Below, one piece after another: positions 28,672-36,203 of a stretch of 64,000 nucleotides of DNA. How positions within the stretch are numbered: position 1 is the first letter of the stretch; every line of letters begins with the position of its first letter. The translations under genes were made by a program, and so were the position numbers. The stretch comes from an uncultured Gammaproteobacteria bacterium (GTDB lineage: Bacteria > Patescibacteriota > Microgenomatia > CAYSOG01). The notes beneath the pieces were generated by a model, which was not told where the DNA came from, did no database searches, and saw nothing but the letters and a program-made list of their open reading frames with translations. The DNA is taken from NCBI GenBank assembly GCA_964432675.1, contig CAYSOG010000005.1, positions 910 through 64,909 of the forward strand, in the 5' to 3' direction.

Positions 28672-29682
28672 CTAAAGCCCTGGAATTGGTTTCATGTCAG
28701 AATGCACGCGACCAAACGCTTGTTGTCTGACTTGTTGGATATCTTCCCAGAGGTCTACCTTTTCCCAAGTTGGTCTGTCACGAACATCATGTTGGATAAG
28801 TTGCGCGATAAAGCTTCTGACCGGGTCTGGTACCTCCTTAGGCAAAGACCTTGCTTGGACCATCTCTGGCTTACCACTTAAGGCAAATAGCATGGTCATA
28901 CCCAAACTGTAAAAGTCAGATTCTGGCAAAAGCGGTTTGCCTGCAATTTCCTCAGGAGGTGCGTAAATTTCGGTGTACCCTTTGGACTTCGAACCTGCCG
29001 AAGGCTTAATAATCGAAAGCCCGTAGTCTACAACAACCACCATGTGGCTTTCATGCTGGATGATAATGTTTTGCGGTTTAATATCTCCGTGGACAACACC
29101 ATGGAAATGAAGAAATTTCAGTGCATTAAGGACGCGCTGAGCAATCCAGCAAACATCTTCTGCATCAAGCCGCCCAACTTTCTCAATAATTTCGGCAAGG
29201 GTAAAGCCTGGAATATAGCTCATGACCAATGCCAGGCTACCGTCAGGCAAACGCAGTATATTGCGCATGGCTGGAACGGAGTAATGCCGCAAGTCCCACA
29301 CTGCCTTGGCTTCTTCAATTAAGATCTGCTCATGGAGTGGGGAAATTTCGGAACAATGCTTGATGCATACCGGCTCGTTGAGCAAGATTTGCTCACCGCG
29401 GTAGGTAATGCCGAAGCCACCCTCTGCGATTTTATCCAAAATGCGGTATTCACCAATAATCTTGCCATCAAGCTGCCGCGAATCCATATCATAGGCTGCA
29501 CGTTTCTTTGGGTCGGATAATTTATCGTATGCTTCATTAAGGAGAACCGCGATCCGATCAGTATCATCAACTATCCCATTTGGGAAATGGGCTTTCATTA
29601 AAGCCCGGTATGCCCCGGTAATTACTTCCTGTTGAGCCCTTGGGTGAACTTGCAAAACTTCATAAGGGTTTTGGTCAGGCAT
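28672..29682 (-). CDS. J-like domain fused to a Hanks-type Ser/Thr protein kinase
   Basis: NPYEVL...AYRAL...LNEAYDKLSDPKKRAAYD (HPD replaced by HFPN); kinase motifs GGFG, VCIK, HGDIKPQN, DYG, APPE, SDFYSLG. Confidence 0.92.
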   Translation of the reverse strand: MPDQNPYEVLQVHPRAQQEVITGAYRALMKAHFPNGIVDDTDRIAVLLNEAYDKLSDPKKRAAYDMDSRQLDGKIIGEYRILDKIAEGGFGITYRGEQILLNEPVCIKHCSEISPLHEQILIEEAKAVWDLRHYSVPAMRNILRLPDGSLALVMSYIPGFTLAEIIEKVGRLDAEDVCWIAQRVLNALKFLHFHGVVHGDIKPQNIIIQHESHMVVVVDYGLSIIKPSAGSKSKGYTEIYAPPEEIAGKPLLPESDFYSLGMTMLFALSGKPEMVQARSLPKEVPDPVRSFIAQLIQHDVRDRPTWEKVDLWEDIQQVRQQAFGRVHSDMKPIPGL

Positions 29683-29797
29683 TATTCCTTCTGCCTCCTC
29701 TCGCTTGCCATTTAGAGGTTAGTATGTAATCCCGAAGTTGTTAAAGTACGAGTATTACGAATGTTCTCGCAATGCTGACAATCATTTTGTCGCTGTT

Positions 29798-29806
29798 ATT
29801 GTAACA
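29798..29806 (-). promoter_or_regulatory. Extended -10 promoter of the kinase operon
   Basis: Minus strand TGtTACAAT about 115 nt upstream of the ATG. Confidence 0.45.
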
Positions 29807-29871
29807 CGAATTTGTGCCTAAGTAAACTATAGGTTTACTGGGTTGTTGTCTGGTTCCAAATTATAAGTGAA

Positions 29872-29905
29872 TGGAAATGCGCCTGAAGGATGTACCCTCA
29901 GGCGC
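29872..29905 (-). terminator. Hairpin/terminator after pit
   Basis: GCGCCTGA...TCAGGCGC stem just past the pit stop. Confidence 0.5.
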
Positions 29906-29916
29906 TAGAAGATTTG

Positions 29917-30927
29917 TCAGCGATTTGTAACAAGTTTATACCCAAACATTAGCAAGTAACCCAAGAAAAAGCAGGCTGGTAATGTCGCAACCCACGCCAT
30001 GACGATATTGCCTGCAGTTTTCCAGTAAACCTTGCGTATGCCATGGGCTGCGCCAACACCGATCACAGCAGAACTAATAGCATGGGTGGTTGAGATCGGC
30101 ATGCTAAAAACGCGCGTCGCAACTTCAATAACCGTGCCGGCTGCAGTTTCTGCGGCAAATCCTTGCATCGGCGACAGTTCTGTTAGCTTGTACGCCATAG
30201 TATGAATAATTCGCCAACCGCCGCAAAAAGTGCCTAAAGCAATTGCCGTCGCTGCTGTTATGATTACCCAAATAGGTATGTAGAAATGGCTTCCTAATAC
30301 ACCCGAACTATATAATGAAAGCGCAATAATCCCCATTGTCTTTTGTCCGTCATTACCACCGTGAGAAAATGCCATCCAGACAGAAGAAACTAGTTGCGCC
30401 TTACCAAAAACAGTATTAGCAAGCTTGTGGTTACTATCAAAAAATACTCGGAGTAATCGTAAAAGAGCCAACCCTCCTAAAAGACCCAAGATAGGCGAAT
30501 AGACTAATCCAGCGACAACTTTAACTAGTCCCGCCGAGATCACGACATGCATGCCAGCGGTTGCAATGGCCGCGCCTAAAACACCAAATAGTAATGCATG
30601 AGAACTGCTGGTCGGCAGTCCGAGCCGCCACGTAAAAAGGTCCCAAATAATCGCCGCAAGCAATGCCGCAATAATAGTTTCCTGGCTTACGGCTTTTGAG
30701 TCAACCAACCCTTTACCAATAGTCGCAGCAACAGCAGTACTCGACACTGCACCTACAAAATTCATGACCGATGCCATACTTACGGCTTTTTTCGGCGTTA
30801 AGACCCTTGTCGCAACCACAGTTGCAATAGCATTTGCCGTATCGTGGAAACCATTAATAAACTCAAAAACATGGCCTGCAACATAGATGATACAAAGTAG
30901 CACTAAGACCGAATTCACATAGTCCAT
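29917..30927 (-). CDS. pit: Inorganic phosphate transporter (PiT family)
   Basis: NGFHDTANAIAT, GLPTSSSHAL, SHGGNDGQKTMG, PISTTH. Confidence 0.95.
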   Translation of the reverse strand: MDYVNSVLVLLCIIYVAGHVFEFINGFHDTANAIATVVATRVLTPKKAVSMASVMNFVGAVSSTAVAATIGKGLVDSKAVSQETIIAALLAAIIWDLFTWRLGLPTSSSHALLFGVLGAAIATAGMHVVISAGLVKVVAGLVYSPILGLLGGLALLRLLRVFFDSNHKLANTVFGKAQLVSSVWMAFSHGGNDGQKTMGIIALSLYSSGVLGSHFYIPIWVIITAATAIALGTFCGGWRIIHTMAYKLTELSPMQGFAAETAAGTVIEVATRVFSMPISTTHAISSAVIGVGAAHGIRKVYWKTAGNIVMAWVATLPACFFLGYLLMFGYKLVTNR

Positions 30928-30998
30928 TTCTCTTACTCTTTCGTTACTAAAAGGCTTGTTGACGGTACATCTCGAGCTTGCAAATTAGTTAATGTACA

Positions 30999-31111
30999 AA
31001 ATATATACTTCCTAAATTAGTATATATTTATTTATAGGTTATATACCATAACTATCAGATGTCAAGTCTTATTTAACTGGTTTTTACCACTCTACTATGG
31101 TATATATACCA
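30999..31111. promoter_or_regulatory. Candidate operator sites between divergent pit and phoU
   Basis: Perfect inverted repeat AAATATATACT-N9-AGTATATATTT (30999-31029); perfect palindrome TGGTATATATACCA (31098-31111); related GGTTATATACC at 31037-31047. Confidence 0.55.
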
Positions 31112-31113
31112 GT

Positions 31114-32109
31114 ATGGAGATAAGAAAACTACAAAAAACCGGTGGTTCAAGCCTGACAATTACCCTGCCAAAAAAATGGCTTGATAGGAGTAAGTTGCAA
31201 GATAAAGACGCAGTGGCAGTGCATGGGCTCGATGCAGGTTATCTATTACTAAAACCTTCCATCACAACGCAGGTCCAAAAGGCAATATTCGCAATCGACG
31301 GTTTAGATGCAAATACGCTTTTGCGAGAACTCATTGCCTATTACTTATCCGGCACGGACGAAATTGTTATAAGAAGCCAAAATATTAATTCGGAACAACG
31401 CAATTGGGTAAGAAATTTAACAAATGCCTTTATTGGCTTTGAAATAGTTGATGAATCTGCCAAAGAAATAACGCTAAAAAATATCTTCGATGATAAAAAA
31501 TTCACCATACCACAACGAATAGACAAGATGTTTACCATTACTGAAACGATGTTTGAAGATTCGTTGAAAGCACTTTCAGAAAATAACACTACACTTGCAC
31601 AAGATATTGTTGGAAGAGACTTTGAAATTGATAAGTTGCATTGGGCAATCGTGCGGCAATTCCACTCTTTAATATCATTCAAGCTTTTTGAGGAAGAAAT
31701 AGGCATTACCTTTATTGACCTGCATTATTTTGAAATGGTCTCAACGCAGCTTGAAAGAATTGCAGATCACGCCGTAAAAATAGCCAATGCCATTATCGAA
31801 ACGCCGCAAGAAAATTTGCAAAGCATTGCAAAATCAAAGAATTTTAAAATGATTACTGAAAAAATTATTGCGATGCTGCATGATACGGCATTTATGGTCA
31901 AATCACTCGACACAAATATGGCGCATAAAATTTTAGACCAGAGTAAGGAAGTTGAACTGGCAATTACGGTAGAAAAACGCCATTATGCAAAAAGTAATCT
32001 TGTCGAAATTATTACCGAAGACAGCTTTGATCGAATTAGGGGCTATATAATGAACATTGCCGAAATGACTATTGACCAATCGGTTCTGCAACGTGAACTC
32101 CAACAATAA
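31114..32109 (+). CDS. phoU: Archaeal-type phosphate uptake regulator (AbrB/MazE DNA-binding domain plus two PhoU domains)
   Basis: RKLQKTGGSSLTITLPKKW N-terminus; RDFEIDKL, LERIADHAVKIA, DRIRGYIMNIAE. Confidence 0.88.
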   Translation: MEIRKLQKTGGSSLTITLPKKWLDRSKLQDKDAVAVHGLDAGYLLLKPSITTQVQKAIFAIDGLDANTLLRELIAYYLSGTDEIVIRSQNINSEQRNWVRNLTNAFIGFEIVDESAKEITLKNIFDDKKFTIPQRIDKMFTITETMFEDSLKALSENNTTLAQDIVGRDFEIDKLHWAIVRQFHSLISFKLFEEEIGITFIDLHYFEMVSTQLERIADHAVKIANAIIETPQENLQSIAKSKNFKMITEKIIAMLHDTAFMVKSLDTNMAHKILDQSKEVELAITVEKRHYAKSNLVEIITEDSFDRIRGYIMNIAEMTIDQSVLQRELQQ

Positions 32110-32289
32110 TACGATTGATTCATGTACCTTTCCTGCTTTCAAAATCTGGAAGCCCAAGCTATAGAACGTTATAAATATAAGGGGATGTAGAGAGAAAAAT
32201 TATCGACCGCGATATTTTTGCCACTATAACTAAATGACTTAATACTCGGCAATATCCGTATTGTTAACTTACTATGCTATACTGCAACT

Positions 32290-32634
32290 ATGGATGAAAA
32301 GGATCAGAAAGAACAGGGTCTTGGCTCATCGACAGGTTCAACTGCAACAAACTTGACCTTCCAAAAGGCCATCGAAATGGGCGAATATGACCCTGAATTT
32401 TTAGCAAATTTCCCTGAATGGCACACTTTTAGTAGACACACACAATTTGAGTACATACGAGAAGGGCTTGCGAACAGGCGGAAGCACTTATTAACTCAGT
32501 GGGCAGAAATAAATAATGTCTTAGACTTTCGTTTAAAACCACATTTAAATCAGGCACTCAAAAATGTTGAGGATCAACTTGAACAGCTTCTTAAAGAAAA
32601 GGAACGCTTATTTGTTGAGTACTCAAAGCAATAA
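32290..32634 (+). CDS. Hypothetical helical protein
   Basis: 114-aa ORF with TGcTATACT 6 nt before the ATG. Confidence 0.7.
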   Translation: MDEKDQKEQGLGSSTGSTATNLTFQKAIEMGEYDPEFLANFPEWHTFSRHTQFEYIREGLANRRKHLLTQWAEINNVLDFRLKPHLNQALKNVEDQLEQLLKEKERLFVEYSKQ

Positions 32635-32657
32635 ATCTTGTCGTACAAATACACTAT

Positions 32658-34436
32658 CTATTTATACCCTTGTGCTTGTATATTAAATAGTTCGGCATAC
32701 AAGCCTTTCTTACTCATCAACTTTTCGTGGTTACCTTCTTCAATAATTTTCCCTTCGTCCAAAACCAGTATGCGATCAGCGTTTCGTACCGTCGAAAACC
32801 GATGGGAAATAATAATGACTGTTTTATCTTTTTGTAACTTTTGGACATTTTCGAATATCTCGTATTCTGCTTTTGCATCGATTGCACTGGTTGGTTCATC
32901 AAGGATCAATATTGGAGCGTCTCGAAAAAATGCCCTGGCAAGGGCCAACTTTTGCCACTGGCCACCAGATAAGTCCACACCGTTATCAAACTTCTTGCCG
33001 ACAACTTGGTCTATACCATCGGGTAACTCTTTGATATAACTATCGGCGCCAGACTTCATAATGGCCTCTTTTAGAAGTGCCTCATTATTGTTTTCTTCGA
33101 TATTGCCAAAATAAACGTTTTCCTTAAACGAGAGGTTGTATTTAATAAAGTCCTGGAAAAGTGCGCCGATTATCTTATGCCAGGCTTCTAAGTCTACTTG
33201 CTTGATATTTATACCGTTAAGTAAAATTTCACCTTCAGTTGCATCATAAAACCGCAAAAGCAGTTTAATGAGGGTTGATTTTCCAGCCCCATTTTCTCCA
33301 ACCAAGGCAATCTTTTCACCGGATGTTATCTTTAAATTGATATTCTTAAAAATAAATCTTTCTGAATGAGGATATTGAAAAGATACATTCACAAACTCAA
33401 CTGTCGGGGGAAGAGGCCCTGGAATTTCTGTCGGATGTTCCGGATTTTTAATGAACCTTGGATAATCCAAAAAGTCAAAATACTGGTCTAAATATTTCAC
33501 TCGCATGTAGGCCGCTGAGTAGTGGTCCAAGGTGAGGTTTGCTCCTTGGGCTAGGTTCATTGTTTGTTGAAAGATCAAGCTAAATTGGCCAATCGAAAGC
33601 CTACCAGCAATAACAGAAGTTAAGTTATAAAATTGGGTAATAAAAAAGACAATCAATTGTATTAAGTCAGCCGCTATAACTAATTTTATTGTCCGATCTA
33701 ATACTTTGACTAATTTTTTCATATATCTTGTTTGTATTAATATCATCTTTGCGATAAGCAGTTCGCCATTTCTAAATATGGCAATCTCTTTAGAAGTTGA
33801 ATCTTGGACAAATAAGTCGATAAGATATTTTTGAATCCGAACGGTTTTGGGCCGCTCTTCAAGCAAAAACGGGTAAATGCTTTTTCGGTAATTTTGCAGC
33901 GCTAAAAATAACGGCAATGACGATAGTAAAATTGCCGGAACAAAAAGTGGAAATATCTTGCCAACAACGATAATGCCGGTAATAAACATAACTAATGCAT
34001 TGAGCATGCCAATAAACCGGTCAATAAACTCATTCATGTTATACCGGATCATTTCAATCTGCGCCAAAAGGTCTTGGAATTTTGGGTTCTCGAATGTTGC
34101 TGGATCAAGGGTAGCGAGTTTGTTAATACTTATCCTTTCGATATAATCTTGCATCCGATAGCCAAAAACTAAATCACGGGTTTGAAGCAGGTTAATCAAA
34201 ATTCTGTTTAACAGTGCGGCCAAGATGTAAATAATAATAGGAATAGTTAAATCAGTGACTTGTAAGCCTCGACGCGCAGCTAGCAAATCTAACAACTTTG
34301 AGAGTAATATTATTTGGATTAATGGAAAAAATGTTTGGCTATAAATCTGAGAAAAGATAGATATGCCTGCATAAATGCCATTGGCTTGCCAAAGCATTTT
34401 CAAAACCCGCCAGCCATATCGCAATGTCTTAAACAT
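32658..34436 (-). CDS. ABC exporter, fused permease and ATPase
   Basis: TM domain; GENGAGKST, LSGGQWQKLALARA, ILDEPTS, ISHR. Confidence 0.93.
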   Translation of the reverse strand: MFKTLRYGWRVLKMLWQANGIYAGISIFSQIYSQTFFPLIQIILLSKLLDLLAARRGLQVTDLTIPIIIYILAALLNRILINLLQTRDLVFGYRMQDYIERISINKLATLDPATFENPKFQDLLAQIEMIRYNMNEFIDRFIGMLNALVMFITGIIVVGKIFPLFVPAILLSSLPLFLALQNYRKSIYPFLLEERPKTVRIQKYLIDLFVQDSTSKEIAIFRNGELLIAKMILIQTRYMKKLVKVLDRTIKLVIAADLIQLIVFFITQFYNLTSVIAGRLSIGQFSLIFQQTMNLAQGANLTLDHYSAAYMRVKYLDQYFDFLDYPRFIKNPEHPTEIPGPLPPTVEFVNVSFQYPHSERFIFKNINLKITSGEKIALVGENGAGKSTLIKLLLRFYDATEGEILLNGINIKQVDLEAWHKIIGALFQDFIKYNLSFKENVYFGNIEENNNEALLKEAIMKSGADSYIKELPDGIDQVVGKKFDNGVDLSGGQWQKLALARAFFRDAPILILDEPTSAIDAKAEYEIFENVQKLQKDKTVIIISHRFSTVRNADRILVLDEGKIIEEGNHEKLMSKKGLYAELFNIQAQGYK

Positions 34437-34565
34437 GTTTTTAGTATAGCAAAGCTATTGGATTTATGATGCTACACCCAGTTATCTGCCATGACATTTC
34501 TTGAAATGTGAGTCAAATAGGGAACCCCGCAGAAATCAACTTACTAGGTCAATTACGTAAGCCGT

Positions 34566-35126
34566 TCACTGTTTACTAATTACTACAAAACCTCTTTCTA
34601 TTCCATCAATTTTTTTGTCCATAGCTCCAGTTAACTGATCAACCGTTGTAGTCCAGTAACTAGGACTTTTAGCGTCAGGATCACAGAGTAAAATAGTACC
34701 TTTCTTTATTTCATCAATTAATACGAAATGTCCAAATGCTCTTTTTTCATCAATATATTTCATATGGAAATTAGCAATAAGGTCATTACCATTATCAATG
34801 TTAGTTTTTATGAAGTCTTTTACATTATTAATATTACTAATCAGAAAAACCTTTGACGCTAAAGCCGGTCTTAAATTACTAAAAAAGTTCCTAACTATAA
34901 TTTCACCAAATTCTACAAGATTAATGCCTGCTTCTTTGTTATCCGTCGTTGTCTTGAGTTTTAAGGTGAAGTATTTAGCCTCATGCGGAAATACCCTTGC
35001 ATTTACTTTTTCTGCTATCTCCTCTTGATCCATCATAATATCATTTCTTAATAGGATCATTTGAATACACGTTGGCCCACATAAAGAAGGTTTTTCCACT
35101 AAATGATAGTAGCGTCGTTTAGGCAT
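34566..35126 (-). CDS. C39-like / phytochelatin-synthase-like papain-fold cysteine peptidase
   Basis: LCGPTC, GHFVLI, LLCDP, ERGFVVI; ATG at 35126 has TATAAT 6 nt upstream. Confidence 0.75.
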   Translation of the reverse strand: MPKRRYYHLVEKPSLCGPTCIQMILLRNDIMMDQEEIAEKVNARVFPHEAKYFTLKLKTTTDNKEAGINLVEFGEIIVRNFFSNLRPALASKVFLISNINNVKDFIKTNIDNGNDLIANFHMKYIDEKRAFGHFVLIDEIKKGTILLCDPDAKSPSYWTTTVDQLTGAMDKKIDGIERGFVVISKQ

Positions 35127-35178
35127 AACGCCATTATAGCCTAATGAGCCTAGCTCAGAAATAGAATATAATGCCAAT

Positions 35179-36009
35179 ATGGGAAAGATTCACATCATGG
35201 GAATTCTAAACGTAACGCCTGACTCATTTTCTGACGGCGGTATATATTACCAGAACCCCGATAAAGCAGTTGCTCATGCACTTAAAATGGTTGATGAGGG
35301 TGCAGATATTCTTGATATAGGTGGAGAATCAACTAGACCGGGATCGAAATCCGTTACCGTTGACGAGGAAATAGATCGTGTTTTGCCTGTTATAGCATTA
35401 CTTAAAGAGAGATTAGGCGAAAAGGCTAGCATTTCAATCGATACAAATAAATCCGAGGTTGCAAGAACTGCTTTAGCTAATGGTGCCAAAATTGTAAATA
35501 GTTTGGGTGGCCTGACGCTTGATAAACATCTAGCTGACGTTGTTAGTCAGGCACATTGTACTTTCATTATTTATCATATCAAAGGTAAACCCAAAACGAT
35601 GCAACAAGGCGAAATTATTTATGACGATGTTATAAAGAATATTACGAAATTTTTCGAGAACCAAATTGCATATGGTGAAAATCACGGTATCAATCGTAAC
35701 CAATTCATAATAGACCCCGGGGTTGGTTTTGGGAAAACAGTCGAGCAGAATGTAGTAATTATCAAGAGGCTTGATGAATTTAGATCACTGAATTTACCAA
35801 TTCTCATTGGCGTTTCACGAAAAAGTCATTTAGGAAAAATATTGCAATCGAAACTCCAGTTGTCTCACATACCAACTCCACTAGAACGGCTTGAAGCAGC
35901 ACTTGCTGAAACAGCTATTGCTGTAATCAATGGGGCTACTATAATTCGGACACATGATGTGTCACAAACTAAAAAATTTGTTACTGTATTGGAAAATTTC
36001 ATCAAGTGA
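35179..36009 (+). CDS. folP: Dihydropteroate synthase
   Basis: MGILNVTPDSFSDGG, DIGGESTRPG, IDPGVGFGK, GVSRKS, IRTHDV. Confidence 0.96.
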   Translation: MGKIHIMGILNVTPDSFSDGGIYYQNPDKAVAHALKMVDEGADILDIGGESTRPGSKSVTVDEEIDRVLPVIALLKERLGEKASISIDTNKSEVARTALANGAKIVNSLGGLTLDKHLADVVSQAHCTFIIYHIKGKPKTMQQGEIIYDDVIKNITKFFENQIAYGENHGINRNQFIIDPGVGFGKTVEQNVVIIKRLDEFRSLNLPILIGVSRKSHLGKILQSKLQLSHIPTPLERLEAALAETAIAVINGATIIRTHDVSQTKKFVTVLENFIK

Positions 36010-36153
36010 ATATGCCTATTTTAAAAACCATGAGGTTCCCATTGGTTATGGATGAGGCCTATAAGTATTATGTTGGAGATGTAGTTTGATTTAGTTTAAT
36101 GATGTTGAAAATAGTATCATAAAACTAACAATTATATTTTTACAACAACCTAA

Positions 36154-36174
36154 TTACCTGCCGTGGCATTTTTT
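36154..36174 (-). repeat. Synonymously recoded duplicate of the secA 3' end (KKCHGR*)
   Basis: AAA AAA TGC CAC GGC AGG TAA versus secA AAG AAA TGT CAT GGT AGA TGA. Confidence 0.6.
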
Positions 36175-36203
36175 TAAGCGGAGCACAAGAAATTCATTAG
36201 TTT

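Noticed and set aside
35179-36009. Sulfonamide-resistance sul gene
   Set aside because: DPGVGFGK lacks the extra Phe-containing insertion of Sul enzymes, and there is no mobile context.
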